Assembly (NCBI GenBank): GCA_947626175.1
Contig: CANQRE010000003.1
Coordinates: 1-36,479 of the forward strand
DNA: 36,479 nucleotides
Origin: an uncultured Clostridia bacterium
Lineage (GTDB): Bacteria > Bacillota > Clostridia > Christensenellales > UBA1242
Direction: 5' to 3'
The notes beneath the pieces were generated by a model. That model worked only from the letters and a program-made list of their open reading frames with translations. It did no database searches and was not told the origin of the DNA. Positions 18,928 to 29,450 of this stretch are shown piece after piece. The stretch's first letter is position 1, and each line of letters starts with the position of its first letter. The position numbers and the translations under genes are program-made.

Positions 18928-20193
18928 ATGTTTCTTGATAGGGTGAAAATCAAAATCAAAGCGGGCAATGGCGGAAATGGACATCTAAGTTTTTTGCGCA
19001 CAAAGCTCAACATGAAGGGCGGCCCAGATGGTGGTGATGGCGGAAAGGGCGGCGACATAGTTTTTCACGCAACTGAAAACATGAACACTTTGCTTTCTTT
19101 TAGATACAAAAAAAAGTTTTGTGCCGAAAATGGTCTTGATGGCGAAAAACAACTCAAAACTGGCTCAAGTGGAAAGGATCTTGTGATAGACGTGCCTTGC
19201 GGAACGGTGATTTTGGACGCTGAAACAGAAAAAGTTATCGCCGACCTAAGCGAAAATGACATGAAGTTTGTTGCGTTAAAAGGCGGAGCTGGCGGGCATG
19301 GAAACGCATATTTCAAAACGTCAATAAAGCAAGCTCCTGCGTTTTCGCAAACTGGGGTGATAACAAAAGAGCGTGAAGTTATTTTGGAGCTTAAAACAAT
19401 TGCAGACGTTGGGCTAGTGGGCTATCCAAACGTTGGCAAATCAACTCTGTTGTCGGTGATTTCCAATGCCAATCCAAAAATTGCAAATTATCCTTTCACA
19501 ACCTTGTATCCAAATCTTGGCGTTTGTCAGGTCAAAGGTCAAACATTTGTTGTTGCGGACATTCCGGGGCTTATCGAAGGGGCAAGCGAAGGGGCAGGAC
19601 TTGGGCATTATTTCTTAAGGCACGTTGAAAGAGTAAGGCTCATCGTGCATCTCATCGATGCGTCAGAAAGTGAAGGCCGAAACGTTTTGGATGATTTCAA
19701 AGCAATCAATTTGGAACTTAAAAAATATAGTGAGGAGCTTGCAAAAACTCCACAAATTGTTGCGTTTTCAAAGGTTGATGAACTCAGCGAAAATGATTTA
19801 AACAAAAAGATTGAAAAGTTTGAAAAGCAAACGGGCATAAAGCCAATCAAGCTGTCGTCAATTTTAAATGAAGGAGTGGAGGAGCTTAAAAACAAAATGC
19901 TTGAAAAACTTTCAACTCTTCCAAAAAAGCCGCCTAAACAGGTTGAAGTTTTTGACTTTGGCGAAGAAGATAATTCAAGCGTTGAAATAACAAAAACTGG
20001 CAATGTGTTTGAAGTGTCAGGCGGAAAAATTGACAACTTTGTTCGCGGAGTTGTGCTTGATGATCCACGCAGCTTTGCCTATTTTCAAACAAGGCTCAAG
20101 GAAATGGGCATAATTGATTTGCTCAAGCAAAAAGGCCTTAAAAATGGCGACACAGTCCGCATAAAGGACATAGAATTTGAATTTGTTGAATAA
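18928..20193 (+). CDS. obgE: GTPase Obg
   Basis: Gly-rich Obg fold GGPDGGDGGKGG, GYPNVGKST, YPFTT, DIPGLIEGA and C-terminal OCT domain. Confidence 0.98.
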   Translation: MFLDRVKIKIKAGNGGNGHLSFLRTKLNMKGGPDGGDGGKGGDIVFHATENMNTLLSFRYKKKFCAENGLDGEKQLKTGSSGKDLVIDVPCGTVILDAETEKVIADLSENDMKFVALKGGAGGHGNAYFKTSIKQAPAFSQTGVITKEREVILELKTIADVGLVGYPNVGKSTLLSVISNANPKIANYPFTTLYPNLGVCQVKGQTFVVADIPGLIEGASEGAGLGHYFLRHVERVRLIVHLIDASESEGRNVLDDFKAINLELKKYSEELAKTPQIVAFSKVDELSENDLNKKIEKFEKQTGIKPIKLSSILNEGVEELKNKMLEKLSTLPKKPPKQVEVFDFGEEDNSSVEITKTGNVFEVSGGKIDNFVRGVVLDDPRSFAYFQTRLKEMGIIDLLKQKGLKNGDTVRIKDIEFEFVE

Positions 20194-20291
20194 AATCATT
20201 GAGCGGCAAATTGGCTTGTTTAAATGAACTCAATTTGAGTCGACAAGCGTTTGAAACTTGTAAAAAAATTTGATTTGCAAAGGGGGACAAT

Positions 20292-20588
20292 ATGTTAACT
20301 TCAAAGCAGCGAGCATATCTTCGCGCACTTGGAAATGCACTTGACAGTGTTGTGCAAATTGGCAAAGATGGTCTAAATGAAAATGCGTTTGAAGGCATAA
20401 GGCTTTTGCTTGAAGCAAGGGAGCTTATCAAAGTCAAGGTCTTAAAAAATTGCCCGCTTTCGCCAAAGGAAGTTGCAAAAAAAGTGTGTCAAAATGTTGC
20501 GGCAGAGTCTGTTCAGCAAATCGGCGCAACGATTTTGTTTTACAAAAAAAGCACAAAAAAAGATTTCAAACACATAGAGCTGCCTTAA
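20292..20588 (+). CDS. yhbY: ribosome assembly RNA-binding protein YhbY (CRM domain)
   Basis: [27 protein letters not shown] and VQQIG. Confidence 0.95.
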   Translation: MLTSKQRAYLRALGNALDSVVQIGKDGLNENAFEGIRLLLEARELIKVKVLKNCPLSPKEVAKKVCQNVAAESVQQIGATILFYKKSTKKDFKHIELP

Positions 20589-21388
20589 AGTATTTCGCCC
20601 TTTGGCTTTGTCCGCTCAAAAGGGCTATAAAGTGACACAAGCGCCAAAGCAACAAGCAGTGAGCTGACAATGCAATAGTAAATTGTGGCCCTAACAAAAA
20701 AGGTTGAAATCAAAAGTGCAAGTGCTGACAAAAAGTAGCCTTTTGCTCGTGAGCGATTGACAGAAAATTTGACAAGCTCTTTGAAAGAAAGGGCTTTTTC
20801 TTTTTTGTATTGCATTGTGATTTCCGGCTTGATATCATAGGGGATGTAAAGTTTTTGCAGGCAATCATATTTGTCAAGCAGCAAAAATTCGCAATCAAAA
20901 TTTTTTGCAAAGGAAGCGGCTTGCGGCGAAAAGGCTCCACATGCAATCACAATTTTGTCCGGACAAACAGATTTTGTTTTGTAAAAAATGTTTGCAATGT
21001 CGTTTGGCATCAGCTCGTTATGTGACAAAAATGGCCAAAGCACAACCTTTTCGCCGCCATCGTGGCTTATCAGCACAAAGTCTTTTTTCTTTTCTGCATT
21101 ATGTTTTTTTTGAGCAAGCAAAAGAAAAAAATCAAGGGCTTTTGGCGAAATTGACAAACTTAAAAAAATATTTTCGGCCTCTTCGCGCTTTTCTTTTTTC
21201 AGCATGATAGAGTTAGATTTTTTCCTTGAAAAAAATCTTGTTGCAAGGTCAATAACAATCGTTGCGGCAAGTGAAATAATAATGCAAAGTGGCAAGGACC
21301 TAACAAAATATCTAACCCACACAAACACAAGAAAAAAGATCAGCAAAACTTTGAACAAGATTTGAAAAATGAATGAAATTTTTTGCAT
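20585..21388 (-). CDS. membrane protein (2 TM + soluble domain + 2 TM); soluble domain resembles a degenerate Mrr-type restriction endonuclease fold
   Basis: Hydrophobic segments at both ends; [35 protein letters not shown] resembles the Mrr_cat C-terminal pattern. Fold call is inference. Confidence 0.6.
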   Translation of the reverse strand: MQKISFIFQILFKVLLIFFLVFVWVRYFVRSLPLCIIISLAATIVIDLATRFFSRKKSNSIMLKKEKREEAENIFLSLSISPKALDFFLLLAQKKHNAEKKKDFVLISHDGGEKVVLWPFLSHNELMPNDIANIFYKTKSVCPDKIVIACGAFSPQAASFAKNFDCEFLLLDKYDCLQKLYIPYDIKPEITMQYKKEKALSFKELVKFSVNRSRAKGYFLSALALLISTFFVRATIYYCIVSSLLVALALVSLYSPFERTKPKGEIL

Positions 21389-21478
21389 ATCAAAATTTTT
21401 GACAAGCAAAACGCAAAAAATACTTAAAAATCATTGTTTTTTTGAAAAAGATTATGTAAAATAATAACAAGGGAAAAC

Positions 21479-21823
21479 ATGAACACACAACTTGTAAAAA
21501 TCGTTGAGTTTTTGAAAACGCAAAAATGCAAAAACATTTCCACCTTTGATTTGTCTGATGAAAGTGCGGAAAAGTTTTTTGTGGTTGTAAGTTGCCAAAA
21601 CAACTTGGAAACAAAAAAATTGGCAGATGAGCTTAGTTTGTTTTTGAAATATGACAAGGAAAAGGATGGCTATCACAAGGGCGAATGGATTATTTTGGAC
21701 GTTGATCCAATCATTGTGCATATCTTCACAGTTGTGGACAGGGCAAAATATAACATTGACAGGTTGTATAAAAGCAAGGAAATAGATGTTTTAAAGTCGT
21801 TAAAAAAGAAAAAATCAAAGTAA
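21479..21823 (+). CDS. rsfS: ribosome silencing factor RsfS (Iojap/YbeB), divergent
   Basis: GEWIILDVDPIIVHIF...RAKYNIDRLY matches the WxxxDxxxxxVHxF..R..Y..L signature. Confidence 0.85.
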   Translation: MNTQLVKIVEFLKTQKCKNISTFDLSDESAEKFFVVVSCQNNLETKKLADELSLFLKYDKEKDGYHKGEWIILDVDPIIVHIFTVVDRAKYNIDRLYKSKEIDVLKSLKKKKSK

Positions 21824-21863
21824 GATGCTTTGATTTTTTTTTAATATGTGTTAAACTTTGATC

Positions 21864-22301
21864 ATGAAAAGCTCAATAAATCTTTGCTTTGTTTGCACAG
21901 GCAACACATGCCGCTCATTTATGGCGGAAAGGATTATGAAAGCGCTCTTAAAAAAAGAGGGCATAACTTTTGTCAAAGTGTCTTCGCGCGGGCTTAATGC
22001 AACTGGCGAATATAGCGCTCCAAATGCGTGCAAGGCCTTAAAAGAGCTTGGAGTTAATTCAAGCAAACGCAAAAGTGTGAAAATCAAAAAGTTTGACCAA
22101 AAAACATTATATGTTGCAATGACAAGTGCCCACAAAGCAAAAGTTGGTGGCAGAGTGATTGAAATGAAGGATCTTGTTGGGCATGATATATTTGATCCGT
22201 ATGGCCAGGACGAGCAAACATATTTGTCTTGTGCAAAGCAAATTTATCAGGCATGTCAGGTGCTAACAAAAAAGCTTAAAACAATTGGAGGCGAGCAATG
22301 A
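21864..22301 (+). CDS. ywlE: low-molecular-weight phosphatase, YwlE-type protein-arginine phosphatase
   Basis: P-loop FVCTGNTCRS (Thr form typical of YwlE), DIFDPYG general-acid loop, and position directly before rpiB as in B. subtilis ywlE-ywlF. Confidence 0.8.
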   Translation: MKSSINLCFVCTGNTCRSFMAERIMKALLKKEGITFVKVSSRGLNATGEYSAPNACKALKELGVNSSKRKSVKIKKFDQKTLYVAMTSAHKAKVGGRVIEMKDLVGHDIFDPYGQDEQTYLSCAKQIYQACQVLTKKLKTIGGEQ

Positions 22302-22717
22302 TAATTTTGGCATGTGACCACAGAGGTTATGCGTTAAAGGAAGAAATAAAAAAATTTTTCAACAATGAAAGCATCATCACAATTGATGTTGGAACATATT
22401 CCAAGGAAGGGGTTGATTATCCTGATTATGCAAAAAAAGGAGCACTAAAGGTGCTTGAAGATGAGCATAATGTTGGAATTTTTATTTGTGGCACGGGGAT
22501 AGGAATGTCAATTGCCGCAAATCGCAATCCAAAAATAAGGGCTGCACTTTGTTGCAACACAAAAATGGCTGAACTTGCCAGATCACACAATGATGCAAAT
22601 GTTTTGGTTTTGCCAGGAAACTTTATGCGCAAAAAAAGAGCGATTCGAATTATAAAAGTGTTTTTGACCACCGATTTTGAAGGCGGACGACATTTAAGAA
22701 GAATAAAAAAGTTGTAA
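22298..22717 (+). CDS. rpiB: ribose-5-phosphate isomerase B
   Basis: CDHRG, DYPDYA, ICGTGIGMSIAAN, RSHNDANVL and FEGGRH. Confidence 0.97.
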   Translation: MIILACDHRGYALKEEIKKFFNNESIITIDVGTYSKEGVDYPDYAKKGALKVLEDEHNVGIFICGTGIGMSIAANRNPKIRAALCCNTKMAELARSHNDANVLVLPGNFMRKKRAIRIIKVFLTTDFEGGRHLRRIKKL

Positions 22718-22727
22718 GGAGAAGCAA

Positions 22728-23498
22728 ATGACGAACATCTTATTTCCACTGACAAGCGATTTTGAAAATGCAAATGCGCTTCTTAAAAGTTTCAAAAAAA
22801 GCGACTGTGTTTTTTATGTTGGCCTGACAAGTGAAAATGCAAACAAAATCAAAAAGTCAAAATTTGTCAAAGTTTTTGTTTATAAATCAGGTTCAAAAAA
22901 AGAGGAAATGATCAATGCTCTTGGCAAAGAAGTTGAAAGTGGAAAAATTGTCATTCTTCGAAAGGTTATTTCAAAGCAGGAACTTGAAAGCTTTATTGCT
23001 GCAAAAAGCGATGTTGCCGTTTGCGCAACAAAAAAACGCAATTTCATTTCAAATTTCTTTTACAAGATTTGGGCAAAAATCATGAAGTTTGCTTTTGACT
23101 TTAATTTTTATGATGGCGATGTGTCGGTGATTGCATTTTCTGACAGGCTTTCGCAAGTTGCCAAAAATGTTCCAAATCTGTCAAATGTTTCAAGGGTGAA
23201 CAGGTGGAAGGGTGTGAGCGAAGAAAAAATCCAAACAAGTTCTTCTCCTGCAAAAAAGGAATATGACAAAGCAAAGTCAACCTTAATCTTTTTGGGTTGG
23301 ATTGCATTGTTTTTGGCAGTTGTTGGCGGGGCAAGTGCATATTTTGTGCTTTGCAAGGCAACATTTTTGACAGGATTTGCTTGGGCGGCGGCAATTCTTA
23401 TCAGCTTTGTCACAGCATTTTTGGCTGTCAATATTTATGTTTTGAATCTAAAAACGGGCAAAAGACGTTTTGGAGAAGCCATAAAGGAGGTAAAATAA
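22728..23498 (+). CDS. membrane protein resembling a degenerate GtrB-like GT2 glycosyltransferase (2 C-terminal TM helices)
   Basis: DVAV..KKR + amphipathic helix + GD..IAFS.R + RWKG + two TMs parallels GtrB architecture; no DxD seen. The ORF is solid (AGGAG RBS); the family is inferred. Confidence 0.55.
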   Translation: MTNILFPLTSDFENANALLKSFKKSDCVFYVGLTSENANKIKKSKFVKVFVYKSGSKKEEMINALGKEVESGKIVILRKVISKQELESFIAAKSDVAVCATKKRNFISNFFYKIWAKIMKFAFDFNFYDGDVSVIAFSDRLSQVAKNVPNLSNVSRVNRWKGVSEEKIQTSSSPAKKEYDKAKSTLIFLGWIALFLAVVGGASAYFVLCKATFLTGFAWAAAILISFVTAFLAVNIYVLNLKTGKRRFGEAIKEVK

Positions 23499-23499
23499 C

Positions 23500-24774
<1,275 letters not shown>

Positions 24775-24781
24775 GATAAAA

Positions 24782-25153
24782 ATGAGAAAATTTTATGTTA
24801 CATGTGGGTTTTTGATTGCAATTTTGGTTGCGGCGTTGATTGAATATTATTGTTCGTCTTGGCCAAAAATTTATTTCACAATGGCATTTGTAAGTTTGTT
24901 TTTCTTGTATTGGGGGATTGAATTTGTGCTTGACTATGTGCAAGCAACAAAGGAGTATGAAGAAAGATATCAGCTTTATGTTGCTGAAAAGATCAACAAA
25001 AGCGGAATAGATGCTGAGCAAATAAGAAAAAACAGAAAAAAATATTATGCCGCATTCAAGCGTTCAATTTTTGCTGAACGATTTTGGCAAGTGGCAAAGT
25101 TTTTGCTGTGTTTTGGCGCAACAATAGCAATAATTGTGGCAATGATTGTGTGA
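24782..25153 (+). CDS. small membrane protein (2 TM + charged helix + 1 TM, 123 aa)
   Basis: Follows the previous gene by 7 bp; clear hydrophobic/charged pattern; no family recognised. Confidence 0.7.
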   Translation: MRKFYVTCGFLIAILVAALIEYYCSSWPKIYFTMAFVSLFFLYWGIEFVLDYVQATKEYEERYQLYVAEKINKSGIDAEQIRKNRKKYYAAFKRSIFAERFWQVAKFLLCFGATIAIIVAMIV

Positions 25154-26353
25154 TTATTGCTCAGTGTGGCTTTTTCGATTTATATAACTTTCGGTTTCGC
25201 TGGCTCTGAAAATTGCATCAGAGCCATATTTTTTTGTGATTTTTTCAATTCCAATTGCTGATTTTTCGTCCTTTTGGTCAAACATGCTCATTTGCCTTGC
25301 GCCCGAAGTTTTGGCAAGATTGGAAGCCTGAATTCTGATTGCTCGAATGGGAATAGAGTAAGGAAAAAAGCTGTCAACAATCGCCATTGCATTTCGCAAA
25401 ATAACATTGCTTGCAAAAAATGGCAAAAAGGATTGTGATTTGTGATATCTTTTTAGGTCCTTGTCCTTAAGTGAAACACTCAATGTTTTTGCTTCAAAAT
25501 TTTGCTCAATAAGCCGCTTTGAAACCTTTTCAGCCAAAAATGCGATCACCTTTTCAATTTCTCCACGTTTTGTCACATCTTTTATCGTGGTTGTTCCATT
25601 TCCAATGCTTTTGACTTGCGACAAATCGTAATAACTTAAAACTTTGTCTTCTTCGCTTCCTTGCAAGTTTTGAAGCAGTTTAACTCCTGTTTTGCCCATC
25701 AAATTTTGAACAAATGATTGTTTCAAAAGGCAAAATTGTCCAATTGTTTGCACGTTTATCAGCCTAAATTTTTTCTCCAGCCTGCTTCCAATTCCAATGA
25801 TGGAGTTAAGGGGCAAATGATATGTTTGCTGCTTAAAGGTTTGTTTTTTTATCACTGTCACGGCGTCAGGTTTTTTTAGGTCTGAGCCAAGTTTTGCAAA
25901 AATTTTGGAAAAGGACACTCCAACAGAAATTGTAATTCCAAAGTGATGCTTGATGTGCTCCTTTATTTCATAAGCAATTTCTTCGCCGGTTTTTCCAAGC
26001 ACTTTCATTGAGCTTGTCACATCCAGCCAGCATTCATCAAGGCCAAGAGGCTCAACAAGGTCGGTGTAGTGCAAATAAACATTGTGTAGTTTAAGCGAAA
26101 TTTCTTGATATTTTGAATAGTGTGGCGGCAGACAAACAAGAGTTGGGCACAGCTTGCGTGCCTCAAAAATTGTCATTCCTGTTTTGATGCCAAAGCTTTT
26201 TGCAATTTCATTTTTCGCCAAAATTATGCCTGTTCGTTTTTCAGGATTTCCGGTCACGGCAACGGGCTGTTTTTTTAGCTCAGGATTGGAAATGCACTCA
26301 ACTGAAGCAAAAAAATTGTTCACATCACAATGCAAAATTGTTCTTTCATTCAT
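25154..26353 (-). CDS. dinB: DNA polymerase IV (Y family)
   Basis: ILHCDVNNFFASVE, LDECWLDVT, SVGVS..KIFAKLGSDLKKPD, KSIGNGTT and clamp-binding QMSMF. Confidence 0.95.
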   Translation of the reverse strand: MNERTILHCDVNNFFASVECISNPELKKQPVAVTGNPEKRTGIILAKNEIAKSFGIKTGMTIFEARKLCPTLVCLPPHYSKYQEISLKLHNVYLHYTDLVEPLGLDECWLDVTSSMKVLGKTGEEIAYEIKEHIKHHFGITISVGVSFSKIFAKLGSDLKKPDAVTVIKKQTFKQQTYHLPLNSIIGIGSRLEKKFRLINVQTIGQFCLLKQSFVQNLMGKTGVKLLQNLQGSEEDKVLSYYDLSQVKSIGNGTTTIKDVTKRGEIEKVIAFLAEKVSKRLIEQNFEAKTLSVSLKDKDLKRYHKSQSFLPFFASNVILRNAMAIVDSFFPYSIPIRAIRIQASNLAKTSGARQMSMFDQKDEKSAIGIEKITKKYGSDAIFRASETESYINRKSHTEQ

Positions 26354-26384
26354 TTGCCTTAACCTTTTTAATAATGTTATACTA

Positions 26385-26413
26385 ATTATAGTTTAAAAAC
26401 CACCTTAGCACAA
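26385..26413 (-). promoter_or_regulatory. putative sigma-A promoter of dinB
   Basis: Minus strand TTGTGC, 17 bp, TATAAT. Confidence 0.55.
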
Positions 26414-26440
26414 GTGTTTTTAACAATTCAAAGGGATTTT

Positions 26441-27121
26441 ATGCAACAAAACAAAACAAATGCTTTTTGCTGTGACGGGGACGGAGTGATTGAAAAAAAC
26501 TTTCAAAATGGAGTCAAATATTTGCGCCTGAAAACGTCTTGTCCAAAAAAAGCTGAAGAAAAAATGAAAAAATTTGGCATGGAAGGAAAACTTGTCTTAA
26601 GTTTTGCCGATTGGAAAAGGTTTTCAAAAGATCTTTCGTTTGAAACAGAAGTGTTTGTTGATCTAAATCAAATGGATGCAAAAACGCTTGAAGAAATTTC
26701 TCTTTCAAAAGCAAACATTGTTCTTCCGCTGTTTGACAATCTTGTTCGAACAGGTGAAATAAATTCAAATTATGGCATTTCGCCTGCCAAACTGGCTGAA
26801 GACATGGGCTTTTTGGATAGGCATGCAACAATCATCGGCGGAGCTTATGCTGACAAGGATGATTTGGAAATTTTGGGCTTATATGGCACAAAAGTTGTCA
26901 TTTGTCCAAGGGCTAATGCAAAAAAAGGCAATTTGATGCCAAATATAGTTTTGATGCAAAAGCATGGCCTTGTGGTCAGTGTGGGAAGCGATGATTATGA
27001 CGAAATAGATTTAAACAGGGAATGTGAAATGCTGTATTTGTCCACGCTGTCAATGCTTGAAAATCCAAACATTGTTTCATTTGAAAAAATTAAAAAATAT
27101 ATAACAGGGGAAAATTTATGA
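26441..27121 (+). CDS. truncated/degenerate amidohydrolase-family protein (MtaD/SAH-deaminase-like C-terminal half)
   Basis: YGISP...GFLD...DKDDLEIL...GTKVVICPRAN.K....GLVVSVGSD..DL..E matches the family spacing; metal-binding His residues are absent. Confidence 0.7.
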   Translation: MQQNKTNAFCCDGDGVIEKNFQNGVKYLRLKTSCPKKAEEKMKKFGMEGKLVLSFADWKRFSKDLSFETEVFVDLNQMDAKTLEEISLSKANIVLPLFDNLVRTGEINSNYGISPAKLAEDMGFLDRHATIIGGAYADKDDLEILGLYGTKVVICPRANAKKGNLMPNIVLMQKHGLVVSVGSDDYDEIDLNRECEMLYLSTLSMLENPNIVSFEKIKKYITGENL

Positions 27122-29265
27122 AAATTGAAGAAACTCTTGCTCAAGAATTTGGGCTTAAACAAACTTATGCGCAAAACATCATCAGCCTTTTGGATGAAGG
27201 CTGCACAATTCCATTTATTGCGCGTTATCGAAAGGAAATGCACGGCTCGTGTGATGATCAAGTGCTAAGGGAATTTGCCGACAGGCTGAAATATCTAAGA
27301 AATCTTGCTGAAGAAAAGGAAAAGGTTCAAAGGGTGATCACTGAGCAAGGCAAGTGGACAGATGAACTTGAAAAAGCACTTGAAAATGCCCGAACGATGA
27401 CCGAAGTTGAAGATATATATCGCCCATACAAGCCAAAGCGCAAAACAAGGGCATCTATTGCAATTGCAAATGGGCTGGAAGGGCTTGCTGACATTTTGCA
27501 AAGTCAAAAGAAGGACGTTAACATTCTTGAAAAGGCGGCGGAATATATCAGCGACAAAGTTGCATCGGTCAGTGATGCAATTGCCGGCGCAAAAGATATT
27601 GTCAGCGAACGCATAAGCGATGATGCCGACCTAAGAAAAGTGCTAAGGGAAATTTTGTGGGACAAAGCGTTTTTGTCATGCACTCTTTTGGACGGCGAAA
27701 ACAAACTCACTTATGAGGGCTATGATGGCTTCAAACAGGAAGTAAAAAAACTTCCAAGCCACAGAATTTTGGCAATCAATCGTGGTGAAAAGGAAAAATG
27801 CTTAAAGGTGACAACCGAAATCAATCGCGAGCTTATGCTCAAAGAAATTCGCTTTGCCTTCAAAAAGGACAATCCTTCCACAAATGATTTGATGGAAGAA
27901 GTGGTGCAGGATTGCTATGACAGGCTTTTGTTTCCAGCGCTTGAACGAGAAATGCGCTCGCAGCTGACCGACAATGCTTGCGAACAAGCAATCAAAATGT
28001 TTGAGCTAAATTTAAAGCCGCTTTTGATGGAAGCTCCGCTTAAGAACAACATAATTCTTGGCTTAGACCCAGCATATCGAACGGGCTGCAAAATTGCGGT
28101 TATCGACAAAAATGGCGATGTGCTTGCAACAACTGTGATTTATCCAACTCCGCCACAATCAAAAACAGAAGAAAGCATTGAAAAGCTCAAAGCTCTCATT
28201 GAAAAATATAATGTTGACGTTGTTTCAATTGGCAATGGAACTGCTTCAAAGGAAGCGGAGATTTTTGTTGCCGAGCTTATAAAGCATCTTTCAAGGCCGG
28301 TTTCGTATGCGGTTGTAAGTGAAGCCGGCGCGTCAGTTTACTCTGCCTCAAAGCTTGGGGCGGAGGAGTTTCCGGATTATGATGTTTCGCTTCGAAGTGC
28401 GGTTTCAATTGCCCGAAGGCTTCAAGATCCTCTTGCGGAGCTAATAAAAATCGATGTAAAAAGCATTGGTGTTGGGCAATATCAACACGACATGCCGCAA
28501 AACAGGCTCACCGAAGTTTTGACTGGTGTGGTTGAAGATTGCGTAAACAGCGTTGGGGTTGACCTTAACACCGCTTCGCCATCGCTTTTGTCGTATGTTT
28601 CAGGCCTTAGCATGCCTGTGGCAAAAAACATAACTCTTTACAGGGCAAAAATCAAAGGTTTCAAACAAAGGCAGCAGCTTAAAAACGTTCCAAAGCTTGG
28701 GCCAAAGGCGTTTGAGCAATGCGCAGGATTTTTGCGTATTCCAAATGGTGAAAACATTTTAGACAACACCGGGGTGCATCCTGAAGCGTATGAAGCTGCG
28801 GAAAAACTTTTAAAAATGTTTTCGCTAAGCGATGAAGACGTCAAAAAAGGCGATTTGGGGCTTGAAGGCCTTGTAAAACTCAAAGGCGAAGAAAATGTTG
28901 CAAAGCAAATTGGAGTTGGAGTTCCAACGCTGAAAGACATTGTCAGCGAGCTTTCAAAGCCAGGGCGAGATATTCGTGAAAGCATGCCAAAGCATGTTCT
29001 TCGCAGTGACGTGATCACAATGGAAGATCTTAAGGAAGGCATGATTTTCACAGGAACAGTTCGAAATGTTGTGGACTTTGGCGCATTTGTTGACATTGGA
29101 GTGCATCAGGACGGGCTTGTTCATATTTCGCAAATATGTGATCAGTTCATTCGCCATCCATCTGAGGTGTTAAAGGTTGGACAAGTTGTGGATGTAAAGG
29201 TTTTGTCGGTGGATTTAAACAAAAAAAGGATTTCGCTGACAATGAAAGGAATTGAAAAGGAGTAA
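27118..29265 (+). CDS. tex: Tex-family RNA-binding transcription accessory protein
   Basis: TIPFIARYRKE, LGLDPAYRTGCK, IGNGTAS, SEAGASVYSAS, SIGVGQYQHD and C-terminal S1 domain. Confidence 0.96.
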   Translation: MKIEETLAQEFGLKQTYAQNIISLLDEGCTIPFIARYRKEMHGSCDDQVLREFADRLKYLRNLAEEKEKVQRVITEQGKWTDELEKALENARTMTEVEDIYRPYKPKRKTRASIAIANGLEGLADILQSQKKDVNILEKAAEYISDKVASVSDAIAGAKDIVSERISDDADLRKVLREILWDKAFLSCTLLDGENKLTYEGYDGFKQEVKKLPSHRILAINRGEKEKCLKVTTEINRELMLKEIRFAFKKDNPSTNDLMEEVVQDCYDRLLFPALEREMRSQLTDNACEQAIKMFELNLKPLLMEAPLKNNIILGLDPAYRTGCKIAVIDKNGDVLATTVIYPTPPQSKTEESIEKLKALIEKYNVDVVSIGNGTASKEAEIFVAELIKHLSRPVSYAVVSEAGASVYSASKLGAEEFPDYDVSLRSAVSIARRLQDPLAELIKIDVKSIGVGQYQHDMPQNRLTEVLTGVVEDCVNSVGVDLNTASPSLLSYVSGLSMPVAKNITLYRAKIKGFKQRQQLKNVPKLGPKAFEQCAGFLRIPNGENILDNTGVHPEAYEAAEKLLKMFSLSDEDVKKGDLGLEGLVKLKGEENVAKQIGVGVPTLKDIVSELSKPGRDIRESMPKHVLRSDVITMEDLKEGMIFTGTVRNVVDFGAFVDIGVHQDGLVHISQICDQFIRHPSEVLKVGQVVDVKVLSVDLNKKRISLTMKGIEKE

Positions 29266-29267
29266 AC

Positions 29268-29450
29268 TTGCAAAATCAAAAGTGTTCATATTGTGGAAGC
29301 ACATTCAAAAGCATAAAGGAAAGCGGTTTTGTGGGCTGCGAGCATTGTTACAGTCAAATTGAGCCGCTTGCATGTTTGGTGGATGAACTTTTTGAAGGAA
29401 AGCAGTTTCATGGCAGAGCGCCAACAAGGAGAAGCCATGACGAATTTTGA
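29268..29450 (+). CDS. mcsA: minimal McsA-like zinc-finger protein (60 aa)
   Basis: CSYCG.TF.....G.VGCEHCY...HGRAP corresponds to the second zinc finger of McsA; AAGGAG RBS with TTG start; directly upstream of mcsB. Confidence 0.8.
   Translation: MQNQKCSYCGSTFKSIKESGFVGCEHCYSQIEPLACLVDELFEGKQFHGRAPTRRSHDEF

Noticed and set aside
20214-20248. Hairpin between obgE and yhbY (GCTTGT/ACAAGC, ACTCAA/TTGAGT)
   Set aside because: Short, interrupted, no T tail; cannot be distinguished from chance.
26408-26419. LexA (SOS) box upstream of dinB
   Set aside because: GCAC-AAGT-GTTT has two mismatches to GAAC-N4-GTTC; too weak to call, although it overlaps the candidate -35.
26405-26431. CIRCE element ahead of the tex-clpC operon
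   Set aside because: Only a TTAGCAC half-site is present; the GAGTGCTAA half is absent.
29329-29436. 36-aa N-terminal extension of McsB in the ORF track
   Set aside because: Overlaps mcsA; the RBS supports ATG 29437.
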